Below are positions 1 through 9,450 of a stretch of DNA of 64,000 nt, in pieces. The stretch lies in assembly GCF_003018255.1 (NCBI RefSeq), contig NZ_CP027440.1; one strand, 5' to 3'. Position numbers and translations under genes: made by a program. This DNA is from Escherichia coli. GTDB taxonomy: Bacteria; Pseudomonadota; Gammaproteobacteria; Enterobacterales; Enterobacteriaceae. Below the pieces are notes generated by a model. That model was not told where the DNA came from and made no database searches. It saw nothing but the letters and a program-made list of their open reading frames with translations. How positions within the stretch are numbered: position 1 is the stretch's first letter; every line of letters begins with the position of its first letter.

Positions 1-2073
1 GCGGGCAGTGGTAAGACGCGCGTACTGGTGCATCGTATCGCCTGGCTGATGAGCGTGGAAAACTGCTCGCCATACTCGATTATGGCGGTGACGTTTACCA
101 ACAAAGCGGCGGCGGAGATGCGTCATCGTATCGGGCAACTGATGGGCACCAGCCAGGGCGGCATGTGGGTCGGCACCTTCCACGGGCTGGCGCACCGTCT
201 GCTGCGTGCGCACCATATGGACGCCAATCTGCCGCAGGATTTTCAGATCCTCGACAGCGAGGACCAGCTACGCCTGCTCAAACGCCTAATCAAGGCGATG
301 AACCTCGACGAGAAGCAGTGGCCGCCGCGCCAGGCAATGTGGTACATCAACAGCCAGAAAGATGAAGGCCTGCGTCCACATCATATTCAAAGCTACGGTA
401 ATCCGGTGGAGCAGACCTGGCAGAAGGTGTATCAGGCGTATCAGGAAGCGTGTGACCGCGCGGGCCTGGTGGACTTCGCCGAGCTGCTGCTACGTGCTCA
501 CGAGTTGTGGCTTAACAAGCCGCATATCCTTCAGCACTATCGCGAACGGTTTACCAATATCCTGGTGGATGAATTCCAGGATACCAACAACATTCAGTAT
601 GCGTGGATCCGCCTGCTGGCGGGCGATACCGGCAAAGTGATGATCGTTGGCGATGACGACCAGTCAATCTACGGCTGGCGTGGGGCGCAGGTCGAGAATA
701 TTCAGCGTTTCCTCAATGATTTCCCCGGTGCTGAAACTATCCGTCTGGAGCAGAACTACCGCTCTACCAGCAATATTCTGAGCGCCGCTAACGCCCTGAT
801 TGAAAACAATAACGGGCGTCTGGGTAAAAAACTGTGGACCGATGGCGCGGACGGTGAGCCTATTTCCCTCTATTGCGCTTTTAACGAACTCGACGAAGCG
901 CGTTTTGTGGTTAACCGTATCAAGACCTGGCAGGACAATGGCGGGGCGCTTGCCGAGTGCGCCATTCTCTACCGCAGCAACGCCCAGTCGCGTGTACTGG
1001 AAGAAGCACTGTTGCAGGCGAGTATGCCGTACCGTATTTACGGCGGGATGCGCTTCTTCGAACGCCAGGAAATCAAAGATGCGCTCTCGTATCTGCGCCT
1101 GATTGCCAACCGTAATGACGACGCGGCGTTTGAGCGCGTGGTGAATACACCAACGCGGGGTATTGGTGACCGGACGCTGGACGTGGTACGTCAGACATCG
1201 CGCGATCGCCAGTTAACACTCTGGCAGGCATGTCGTGAACTGTTGCAGGAAAAAGCCCTCGCCGGACGTGCTGCCAGTGCCTTACAGCGGTTTATGGAAC
1301 TGATCGACGCCTTAGCGCAGGAAACTGCCGATATGCCGCTGCATGTACAGACTGACCGGGTAATTAAAGACTCCGGCCTGCGCACAATGTACGAGCAGGA
1401 GAAAGGCGAAAAAGGCCAGACGCGTATCGAAAACTTAGAGGAACTGGTAACGGCGACGCGCCAGTTCAGCTACAACGAAGAAGACGAAGATTTAATGCCG
1501 CTGCAGGCGTTCCTCTCCCATGCGGCACTGGAAGCGGGCGAGGGGCAGGCGGATACCTGGCAGGATGCGGTGCAGTTGATGACGCTACACTCGGCGAAAG
1601 GTCTGGAATTCCCGCAGGTGTTTATCGTTGGTATGGAAGAGGGCATGTTCCCAAGCCAGATGTCGCTGGATGAAGGCGGGCGTCTGGAAGAAGAACGCCG
1701 TCTGGCCTACGTTGGCGTAACCCGCGCGATGCAGAAACTGACGCTGACCTACGCGGAAACCCGCCGTCTATATGGCAAAGAGGTTTACCATCGCCCGTCG
1801 CGCTTTATCGGTGAGTTGCCGGAAGAGTGTGTGGAAGAGGTGCGCCTGCGCGCCACGGTAAGCCGCCCGGTCAGCCATCAACGGATGGGGACGCCGATGG
1901 TCGAGAACGACAGCGGCTACAAGCTCGGCCAGCGCGTACGCCACGCTAAGTTTGGTGAAGGCACCATCGTCAATATGGAAGGCAGCGGTGAGCATAGCCG
2001 TTTGCAGGTGGCGTTCCAGGGCCAGGGTATTAAATGGCTGGTGGCGGCTTACGCCCGGTTGGAGACGGTGTGA
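1..2073 (+). CDS. uvrD: DNA helicase II UvrD, 5' end truncated by window start
   Basis: Frame 1 from base 1 reads AGSGKTRVLVHRIAWLM (Walker A GSGKT) continuous with the 28..2073 ORF; UvrD/Rep helicase motifs (DEFQD, helicase C-terminal region); position upstream of corA as in K-12. Confidence 0.95.
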   Translation, partial: AGSGKTRVLVHRIAWLMSVENCSPYSIMAVTFTNKAAAEMRHRIGQLMGTSQGGMWVGTFHGLAHRLLRAHHMDANLPQDFQILDSEDQLRLLKRLIKAMNLDEKQWPPRQAMWYINSQKDEGLRPHHIQSYGNPVEQTWQKVYQAYQEACDRAGLVDFAELLLRAHELWLNKPHILQHYRERFTNILVDEFQDTNNIQYAWIRLLAGDTGKVMIVGDDDQSIYGWRGAQVENIQRFLNDFPGAETIRLEQNYRSTSNILSAANALIENNNGRLGKKLWTDGADGEPISLYCAFNELDEARFVVNRIKTWQDNGGALAECAILYRSNAQSRVLEEALLQASMPYRIYGGMRFFERQEIKDALSYLRLIANRNDDAAFERVVNTPTRGIGDRTLDVVRQTSRDRQLTLWQACRELLQEKALAGRAASALQRFMELIDALAQETADMPLHVQTDRVIKDSGLRTMYEQEKGEKGQTRIENLEELVTATRQFSYNEEDEDLMPLQAFLSHAALEAGEGQADTWQDAVQLMTLHSAKGLEFPQVFIVGMEEGMFPSQMSLDEGGRLEEERRLAYVGVTRAMQKLTLTYAETRRLYGKEVYHRPSRFIGELPEECVEEVRLRATVSRPVSHQRMGTPMVENDSGYKLGQRVRHAKFGEGTIVNMEGSGEHSRLQVAFQGQGIKWLVAAYARLETV

Positions 2074-2117
2074 CGTTGCGGGATGCGGTGCGCCACACCG
2101 CATTCCGCATCAGCACC

Positions 2118-3020
2118 TTACTTAGCGCACTTCTTCACATCAATATTCCAGTCAGCACCAGACGCAACCTGATGTTTCTGCGCAAAATTATCCATATTCA
2201 GCGCCACGGAAACATTCAATAAGCTGTTCAGATACACCATCGGCTGGCCTTCCGGCACATCGCCGAAGCTTGCGACATACGGCATTTTCCCTGCGTATTT
2301 TTGCTGGGAACCTTCGGAAATGGTCACACACAACGTGTCGTTGAGTTTGATTCCTGCCTGTTTCAGCAACTCGTCGCTGATATTGCTCCAGACGTTGCCG
2401 TACTGAATATCGAGAATCGGGATATTGCCCTTCACTTCACCTTTTGTTGCTTTTGCTTTCTGATAAGAAAGTTCGACAACTTTTGCAGGAAGCTCTGGCC
2501 CCACCTGTTCGAACGTAATCGCTCCGGAAGCCAGACGCGCACCAGTGTAGGCATATACATCGCGACCATGGAAGGTATATGACTTTTCAGAACCTTTCAG
2601 GCGGTTAGCTTTTTCGTCGATTTCCCGGACGCTATCAATACCCAGAGTTTGTGCCACCAAAGTGAGCGTACCGTTATCTGGTGAAACGAAGTATTGACCG
2701 TTTTTGGTTTTCAGCACTACCGATTTACGGTCAGTGCCTACGCCCGGATCGACCACGCTAACAAACACCGAACCTTGCGGCCAGTAACTGGCAGTCTGAT
2801 ACAGGCGATAAGCGCCTTCCCAGATGTTATACGGTGGAATTTCGTGTGTTAAATCAAAGATTTTAAGATTATGGTCAACGCCGAATGCGACCCCTTTCAT
2901 CGCCGAGACGGCACCATCTTTCAGGCTAAAATCCGTTTGTAAAATCAAAGCGTTATCCGCATAAGCGGATGATGACCCCAGACAGGTTAATAAAAATAAT
3001 GTTGCGAGCGTTTTTTTCAT
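2118..3020 (-). CDS. DUF62 family SAM hydroxide adenosyltransferase (SAM hydrolase)-like protein with N-terminal signal peptide
   Basis: 300 aa ORF; N-terminus MKKTLATLFLLTCLGSSSAYA is signal-peptide-like; recalled DUF62 motifs present (LTHEIP, VVDPGVGT, YGNVWSNI, FGDVPEGQPMVYLNS); not recalled as present at this position in K-12. Confidence 0.75.
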   Translation of the reverse strand: MKKTLATLFLLTCLGSSSAYADNALILQTDFSLKDGAVSAMKGVAFGVDHNLKIFDLTHEIPPYNIWEGAYRLYQTASYWPQGSVFVSVVDPGVGTDRKSVVLKTKNGQYFVSPDNGTLTLVAQTLGIDSVREIDEKANRLKGSEKSYTFHGRDVYAYTGARLASGAITFEQVGPELPAKVVELSYQKAKATKGEVKGNIPILDIQYGNVWSNISDELLKQAGIKLNDTLCVTISEGSQQKYAGKMPYVASFGDVPEGQPMVYLNSLLNVSVALNMDNFAQKHQVASGADWNIDVKKCAK

Positions 3021-3102
3021 TTTTGTTTCCCTTCATTTATCTGATGATTTTCCAGCTGTGTAGCCAGCCCCAGTTTGTCTGGCCTCCTCGAGTGTACAAT
3101 GT

Positions 3103-3867
3103 TTAACCTTTCTGCTCGACGGAAATCATGGTGACAAAAGGATAGCGTTGCCACGGGATTGCCTCGCCTTTCATATACATATGTGAAATTGTGCCATCAA
3201 GATAAAGCAGCTGCCCAACGTTCAGTTTCGCTTTGGCATAACAGGCAAAATCATAAAAATTTGTCGCCTGCTGGCTCAACAAAAACACGGCGTTCCCATG
3301 TTTATTAATCCCAACACCGTTACGAATTTTACGTGAGGCGACGTTGGGATGAATACGCGGATTAATTACACCGTTTTCCATCAACAATGGCCCTGACTGC
3401 ACCGCAAACTGAATCTCTTTACTGGTTTTAAAGGCATCCAGACGAACGATGCCGACTTTATCTCCCGCGACATAAAACACTCCGCCAGGACGAATAAAGA
3501 AATTCCCTTCACCTGAAGCGAGATTTAACGCCACCTTCTGCTGACCGTTTTCGATGTACAAACCGAGCGGCGCATAGCTTTCATCATAGATGCCGCCGTT
3601 CATCGCCATCTGCACCTGACCCTGACTATTAATATCCGCCAGCAGAGCATGTAACGTTCCCCACGCTTCGCCATTGGCTTTTTGCCAGTACATTTTCACC
3701 CGCTCTGTTTGAGGATTAACGGTATACGCCTGTACGGTCAGCGTCGGATCTGAGGGTGCGCAATCATCAGCGGCAACAGCAAACAAGGGAAGTAAGGTGA
3801 GGGTGAGAAAAATCCGTTTGAGATTCAAGGTGATCATTCCTTTACCAATGAATAGCCGATGCGCCAT
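3103..3867 (-). CDS. yigE: DUF2233 family protein YigE
   Basis: 254 aa ORF with N-terminal signal-like segment; length and position next to corA match K-12 yigE from memory. Confidence 0.8.
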   Translation of the reverse strand: MAHRLFIGKGMITLNLKRIFLTLTLLPLFAVAADDCAPSDPTLTVQAYTVNPQTERVKMYWQKANGEAWGTLHALLADINSQGQVQMAMNGGIYDESYAPLGLYIENGQQKVALNLASGEGNFFIRPGGVFYVAGDKVGIVRLDAFKTSKEIQFAVQSGPLLMENGVINPRIHPNVASRKIRNGVGINKHGNAVFLLSQQATNFYDFACYAKAKLNVGQLLYLDGTISHMYMKGEAIPWQRYPFVTMISVEQKG

Positions 3868-4236
3868 TATAGGCCCTGGATGTGGGATTTTTTTATCCTG
3901 TTAGCGACCTTGACGAGTACCAAAAAGCGCGAAGTTCAACTATTGTTCTGTGGTGTTCTGTTGCGTGTTGACGGCAAAATTTTGCTGGCGTAACATGCGC
4001 GCACGATCACTCTAAGAGGACATTCGCCTTGGACACACCCAGTAGATACTGGCTCACTATCCTGTCATCCAGGATCAACTCCTAAGGCTATCCCTTTTTG
4101 CTGATAGCCTTAGCGGTTGTCAGCGACCTCAATTTTTCCCGTCGCGCTGAGTCAGGCTGTTTAATGGTCTGAAACCCAATTTGTTTCTGTGTGCCCACCG
4201 AACTGTCCGATATTTTAAGCATTGGGAGTCCCGGTC

Positions 4237-5187
4237 ATGCTGAGCGCATTTCAACTGGAAAATAACCGACTGACCCGGCTGGAAGTCGAAGAGTCACAAC
4301 CCCTTGTAAATGCAGTATGGATTGATCTTGTCGAACCGGACGACGACGAGCGACTGCGCGTACAATCTGAACTTGGTCAGAGCCTGGCAACCCGCCCGGA
4401 ACTGGAAGACATCGAAGCATCGGCACGTTTCTTTGAAGACGATGACGGCCTGCATATTCACTCCTTCTTCTTCTTTGAAGATGCGGAAGATCACGCCGGT
4501 AACTCTACTGTGGCATTTACCATCCGTGATGGTCGTCTGTTTACTCTGCGTGAGCGTGAACTGCCTGCATTCCGTCTGTATCGTATGCGCGCCCGTAGCC
4601 AGTCAATGGTGGACGGTAACGCCTACGAGCTGCTGTTGGATCTGTTCGAAACCAAAATCGAACAGTTGGCGGATGAAATTGAAAACATCTACAGCGATCT
4701 GGAGCAGTTGAGCCGGGTGATTATGGAAGGGCATCAGGGCGATGAGTACGACGAGGCGCTCTCCACGCTGGCGGAACTGGAAGATATCGGCTGGAAAGTT
4801 CGCCTGTGTCTGATGGATACCCAGCGTGCGCTCAACTTCCTGGTACGTAAAGCACGCTTACCGGGTGGGCAACTGGAGCAGGCGCGTGAAATCCTGCGAG
4901 ATATCGAATCCCTGCTGCCGCATAACGAATCCCTGTTCCAGAAGGTGAACTTCCTGATGCAGGCGGCGATGGGCTTTATCAATATCGAGCAGAACCGCAT
5001 CATCAAAATCTTCTCGGTGGTATCCGTGGTGTTCCTGCCACCGACGCTGGTCGCTTCCAGCTACGGGATGAACTTTGAGTTTATGCCGGAACTGAAGTGG
5101 AGCTTCGGCTACCCAGGCGCGATTATCTTTATGATCCTCGCGGGCCTGGCACCGTATCTGTACTTTAAGCGGAAGAACTGGTTGTAA
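4237..5187 (+). CDS. corA: Magnesium/cobalt transport protein CorA
   Basis: C-terminal two TM helices with YGMNF motif and KRKNWL tail; start set at the internal Met ([10 protein letters not shown]) giving 316 aa as in K-12; the ORF track start at 4222 is probably an upstream extension. Confidence 0.95.
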   Translation: MLSAFQLENNRLTRLEVEESQPLVNAVWIDLVEPDDDERLRVQSELGQSLATRPELEDIEASARFFEDDDGLHIHSFFFFEDAEDHAGNSTVAFTIRDGRLFTLRERELPAFRLYRMRARSQSMVDGNAYELLLDLFETKIEQLADEIENIYSDLEQLSRVIMEGHQGDEYDEALSTLAELEDIGWKVRLCLMDTQRALNFLVRKARLPGGQLEQAREILRDIESLLPHNESLFQKVNFLMQAAMGFINIEQNRIIKIFSVVSVVFLPPTLVASSYGMNFEFMPELKWSFGYPGAIIFMILAGLAPYLYFKRKNWL

Positions 5188-5222
5188 TATAAATGCCGGG
5201 TAAAGATTGTTCTTTATCCGGC

Positions 5223-5720
5223 TTATTGCTGAAAATTGTCTTTTTCAAAGTCATGCGGGTTGAACACTCGCTCTATCTTATTTTCCTGGGTTAGTTGATA
5301 CTCATTGTTATCAGCAATAAAAAAATGAGTATTACGGTAAGGATATTCATTAATAACCATTAAATAGTTTTTTACGATGCAATTATCATTGCTCTTAATC
5401 GTCGGGAAACAGTAGAGATCTTCATACGGCCCTTCGATATATTTTTTATAGTCAGTGAAGCCATTACCGATATCAATAACATACCAGGTATGCCAACTAC
5501 CTTCTGGTAGGGGATGTTGATTTTTAATTTCATTCTGACGCTTCAGATACCAATTTATTTTATCGCTGTCAGTCCATGGCAGATGATCAACGACCAGAAA
5601 GACTGAATTGCCAGCATCAGAGTATGTATACAAAATCTGTACAGGACGCAATGTCCATAAATTATAGATGCAGCATAGAAGAAATAAACATAATATAATT
5701 TTCTGGAGTTTGCTTTTCAT
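5223..5720 (-). CDS. Hypothetical protein with N-terminal signal peptide/membrane anchor, candidate immunity protein
   Basis: 165 aa ORF; hydrophobic N-terminus KIILCLFLLCCIYNLW; start overlaps stop of the upstream 282 aa gene by 4 bp (ATGA); visibly AT-rich. Confidence 0.55.
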   Translation of the reverse strand: MKSKLQKIILCLFLLCCIYNLWTLRPVQILYTYSDAGNSVFLVVDHLPWTDSDKINWYLKRQNEIKNQHPLPEGSWHTWYVIDIGNGFTDYKKYIEGPYEDLYCFPTIKSNDNCIVKNYLMVINEYPYRNTHFFIADNNEYQLTQENKIERVFNPHDFEKDNFQQ

Positions 5721-6565
5721 AGATAATTTTCGATTCTTTCTATAGTGTTAAAATTGGTGAAAAAAGGTTTGAAAGCAAAGTCTTTATGCCGTTGTAAAAA
5801 GAACCATATGCGAAAAAATCTATATTTGCTATAAGTCTTGTTTTTGATATCAGTTACATCAAGACCGAAGTGGTCCTGTGCTACAAAATGAATTGTTGCA
5901 CTCCATCCTATAGCGTATTTTTGAAAACTTAAAAGAGATATTTTTTGAGCTGAAATATCATGAACACTGATTCCTAAGCCATTAAAACTGTCCTCGAAGT
6001 CATTAAATTTATTTAGTCTTGATGAAAGTAATTCGGTCTTAATCTTTTGTAGGAGAAGAGGCCGGTATCCTATCGTAGGTGTTGAAGAAATATCATTTTC
6101 GATACATTCTTTGATTACACGTATTGGGCTATTATAATCATATTTGTTTATTCGTTCATGAAAAGATAAGTTCAATTCCTGGCTATGGAAACTGTTGCCA
6201 TTTCCATATCTAAAATGATCAATCAGATCCTGGATGAGTGTTTTGTATTGTCCAAAAAAGGAAAACATTTTTGCCAGATCTTTCATTTCTGCAAATAAAA
6301 TATCAATACATTCACTTTGTGATATTTTTGTTCCAGAAGTTGGAACACTAAAAGCACCATAAGTAGAATTCGGCCCAGGAAAATGGTATTTAATGAGGCG
6401 GTAAGGATCAACTTTTGCAGAGATGTCGCTCAAGCCGAGTGAGAGAAAATCTTGTTCTTCCATATCCCCATATTGCATATCATCAGCAGAAAAATCATCG
6501 AATAAAGTAATAGTTTCGAAAAGTGTACAGGGCATATTAATTGATGAGCCTAATATGTTGTTCAT
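5717..6565 (-). CDS. Hypothetical protein, candidate toxin/effector, family not recognised
   Basis: 282 aa ORF without signal peptide, AT-rich codon usage; translationally coupled to the downstream secreted 165 aa ORF; occupies the corA-rarD gap. Confidence 0.55.
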   Translation of the reverse strand: MNNILGSSINMPCTLFETITLFDDFSADDMQYGDMEEQDFLSLGLSDISAKVDPYRLIKYHFPGPNSTYGAFSVPTSGTKISQSECIDILFAEMKDLAKMFSFFGQYKTLIQDLIDHFRYGNGNSFHSQELNLSFHERINKYDYNSPIRVIKECIENDISSTPTIGYRPLLLQKIKTELLSSRLNKFNDFEDSFNGLGISVHDISAQKISLLSFQKYAIGWSATIHFVAQDHFGLDVTDIKNKTYSKYRFFRIWFFLQRHKDFAFKPFFTNFNTIERIENYL

Positions 6566-6875
6566 TTATATTCTCCTTTCTTATAATTAAGGGCAATGTT
6601 AATTTGATAAGAAATAATAGGCTAAAAAAATTTTAAAAAAGAAATGCACTTCACATTTTTCATTACATTCTGAAGAGAACTTGGTTAATGATTGGTCTTG
6701 CTCATCGCTAATAACATAATGCTGAATTTACCAAAAATGAAATTTATTAAAGCAAATGAAAATATACAACGACGTCTGGAAATTCTGCCTTTCCTTATGT
6801 GAGTCTCCTGTCAGCATGGCAATATGCCCACTCTCATGCAAGAGTCGGCATATTTTTTCAGAATATATTTATTTT

Positions 6876-7766
6876 TTATTTGGCCGTTCTACGCTGCGTA
6901 TAAATCGCATCCATCACAAAAATTGCCAGCGCCACCCAAATAAAGGTGAAAGTCACCATCTTATCGGCACCCGGTTTTTCACCATAAAACGTCACTGCCA
7001 ACAGGAACATTAGCGTCGGCCCAATGTACTGGAAAAAGCCTAATGTTGAGAGTCGTAAGCGTGTAGCTGCTGCGGTAAAACATAACAGTGGCACGGTGGT
7101 GACAATACCGGCGGCGATCAGCAGTAAATTCAGCGACATCGGGTTTTGCCCCATATGGCTGGTTGAGCTGTCGGCAATAGCAAACAGGTAAATCGCCGCC
7201 ACGGGCAGCAGCCACATGGTTTCGATTAACATGCCGGTTTGCGCTTCAACGGCAATTTTCTTGCGTACCAGGCCGTAGAAGGCAAAACTAAACGCCAGCC
7301 CCAGCGCGATGATTGGCAGCGAACCAAAAGTCCAGAGCTGGACCAATACACCACATATCGCCAGAATCACCGCCAGCCATTGCATCCGGCGGAATCGCTC
7401 GCCGAGGAAAATCATCCCCAGCACAATGTTCACCAGCGGGTTAATAAAGTAACCAAGGCTCGCTTCCAGCATATGGTGATTGTTCACCGCCCAGATAAAC
7501 AGTAGCCAGTTGCCACCAATCAGCACGGCAGAGACTGCCAGCATGAAGATTTTCTTTGGTGTCTGAATCAGCGTTTTTAAATAGGACCACTGGCGGCAAA
7601 TGCTCATCAGCACCACCATAAAGAAAAACGACCAGATCACGCGATGCGTCAGGATCTCATCGGCGGGCACGTAGTAAATCAGCTTGAAGTACGCTGGCGC
7701 AATACCCCAAATAAAATAAGCGGCAAGAGCGAGTAATACGCCCTGCCGCGTTTGTTTGGTGTCCAT
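6876..7766 (-). CDS. rarD: Chloramphenicol-sensitivity protein RarD (DMT superfamily permease)
   Basis: Polytopic membrane protein with EamA-like repeats; start chosen at MDTKQTRQG; the ORF track gives an alternative start two codons upstream at 7772. Confidence 0.9.
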   Translation of the reverse strand: MDTKQTRQGVLLALAAYFIWGIAPAYFKLIYYVPADEILTHRVIWSFFFMVVLMSICRQWSYLKTLIQTPKKIFMLAVSAVLIGGNWLLFIWAVNNHHMLEASLGYFINPLVNIVLGMIFLGERFRRMQWLAVILAICGVLVQLWTFGSLPIIALGLAFSFAFYGLVRKKIAVEAQTGMLIETMWLLPVAAIYLFAIADSSTSHMGQNPMSLNLLLIAAGIVTTVPLLCFTAAATRLRLSTLGFFQYIGPTLMFLLAVTFYGEKPGADKMVTFTFIWVALAIFVMDAIYTQRRTAK

Positions 7767-7817
7767 TGGCAAAACTCATTTTTTATTGGTAAAAGCAGTT
7801 TACCTGCTTTTACGTTA

Positions 7818-8285
7818 TCAACCTACCATATAGGTGGCGGTGGCACTGGCTATATAAAGCTGTTCTTCATTGTGTAATTCAACGCGGGCAACGGCGACTT
7901 TATTGCCTGCACGCAACAGACTACTGGTAGCAGTAAAACGCTCGCCCCTGCCTGGGCGCAGATAATCGACGCGAAGATCAATGGTCCCCATCCGCGATAG
8001 CCGCTGGCGTAGTTCATCTTCACTGATGGTTTCGTGGCGGGTTAAGGTACTTCCCACGCACACCAGACCTGCGGCGACATCCAGCGCCGACGCAATGACC
8101 CCGCCGTGCAAAATGCTTTGCGCCCAGTTACCCACCATCATTGGCTGATTTTTAAAGGCCAGCTGTGCGAACTCTTTTTCGTAACGCTCCAGTTCCATCC
8201 CCAATGCGCGGTTAAATGGCATGTGATAAACAAACATCTCACCCACTAATTTCAGGGCTTGTTCAGCGGTCAGTACGGCAGACAT
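7818..8285 (-). CDS. yigI: PaaI/hotdog-fold thioesterase YigI
   Basis: ORF 7818..8303 trimmed to start [12 protein letters not shown] (155 aa); hotdog thioesterase-like sequence; K-12 synteny. Confidence 0.85.
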   Translation of the reverse strand: MSAVLTAEQALKLVGEMFVYHMPFNRALGMELERYEKEFAQLAFKNQPMMVGNWAQSILHGGVIASALDVAAGLVCVGSTLTRHETISEDELRQRLSRMGTIDLRVDYLRPGRGERFTATSSLLRAGNKVAVARVELHNEEQLYIASATATYMVG

Positions 8286-8449
8286 ATCATCCTTACACCT
8301 CATTGGTTAATGAAATGTTGATTTTATGCTTCTTAATTGTGGTTTTCTACTTTAGGAAGGGATAACTAACGGCAAAGGAGTTAAGTATGTAAAATAGCCC
8401 GCAGAAAAATATTCATCTAATCAATAATTCGTTACGGAGAACACGACCG

Positions 8450-9319
8450 ATGCGGACTCTGCAGGGCTGGTTGTTGCCGGTGTTTATGTTGCCAATGGCA
8501 GTGTATGCGCAAGAGGCAACGGTAAAAGAGGTGCATGACGCGCCTGCGGTGCGTGGCAGTATTATTGCGAATATGCTGCAGGAGCATGACAATCCTTTCA
8601 CGCTCTATCCTTATGACACCAACTACCTCATCTACACCCAAACCAGCGATCTGAACAAAGAAGCGATCGCCAGTTATGACTGGGCGGAAAACGCGCGTAA
8701 GGATGAAGTGAAATTCCAGTTGAGCCTGGCATTTCCGCTGTGGCGCGGAATATTGGGGCCAAACTCGGTGTTGGGGGCTTCTTACACGCAAAAATCCTGG
8801 TGGCAACTGTCCAATAGCGAAGAGTCTTCACCGTTTCGTGAAACCAACTACGAACCGCAATTGTTCCTTGGTTTTGCCACCGATTACCGCTTTGCTGGCT
8901 GGACGCTGCGCGATGTGGAGATGGGTTATAACCACGACTCTAACGGGCGTTCAGACCCGACTTCCCGCAGCTGGAACCGCCTTTATACCCGTCTGATGGC
9001 AGAAAACGGTAACTGGCTGGTAGAGGTGAAGCCGTGGTATGTGGTGGGGAATACTGACGATAACCCAGATATCACCAAATATATGGGTTACTACCAGCTT
9101 AAAATCGGCTATCACCTGGGTGATGCGGTGCTGAGTGCGAAAGGACAGTACAACTGGAACACCGGTTACGGTGGTGCGGAGTTAGGCTTAAGTTACCCGA
9201 TCACCAGGCATGTGCGCCTTTATACCCAGGTTTACAGCGGTTATGGCGAATCGCTCATCGACTATAACTTTAACCAGACCCGTGTGGGTGTGGGGGTTAT
9301 GCTGAACGACTTGTTCTAA
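8450..9319 (+). CDS. pldA: Outer membrane phospholipase A
   Basis: 289 aa, signal peptide MRTLQGWLLPVFMLPMAVYA, beta-barrel-like alternating pattern, YTQ...HDSNGR motif region recalled for OMPLA. Confidence 0.93.
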   Translation: MRTLQGWLLPVFMLPMAVYAQEATVKEVHDAPAVRGSIIANMLQEHDNPFTLYPYDTNYLIYTQTSDLNKEAIASYDWAENARKDEVKFQLSLAFPLWRGILGPNSVLGASYTQKSWWQLSNSEESSPFRETNYEPQLFLGFATDYRFAGWTLRDVEMGYNHDSNGRSDPTSRSWNRLYTRLMAENGNWLVEVKPWYVVGNTDDNPDITKYMGYYQLKIGYHLGDAVLSAKGQYNWNTGYGGAELGLSYPITRHVRLYTQVYSGYGESLIDYNFNQTRVGVGVMLNDLF

Positions 9320-9401
9320 TGTGAGTTGATTGAAAGGCAAAACTGGAATCCAGTATCCAGGATTACCCTCTCAGAGACTAAAAGCATTGCAGTTTCTCGC
9401 G

Positions 9402-9430
9402 CAGGCGCTGAAAATAGCGCCTGTTTTTAT
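9402..9430 (+). terminator. Rho-independent terminator downstream of pldA
   Basis: Hairpin caggcgct-gaaaata-gcgcctg followed by tttttat. Confidence 0.6.
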
Positions 9431-9450
9431 TTCAGGCAATCGGGGTTAAT

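Noticed and set aside
4084-4112. Inverted repeat aaggctatc...gatagcctt in the corA 5' leader
   Set aside because: Could be leader secondary structure or a chance palindrome; no functional assignment possible from sequence alone.
6566-6875. 85 aa plus-strand ORF (6756..7013) and short inverted repeats between the 282 aa gene and rarD
   Set aside because: The ORF overlaps the rarD 3' end on the opposite strand and has no family features; the inverted repeats are short and AT-rich and could not be distinguished from chance.
9320-9450. Possible LexA (SOS) box upstream of recQ
   Set aside because: Searched for CTG-N10-CAG; the closest candidate (ctggaatccagtatccag) has 12- or 5-bp spacing, not 10, so no convincing SOS box could be called by eye.
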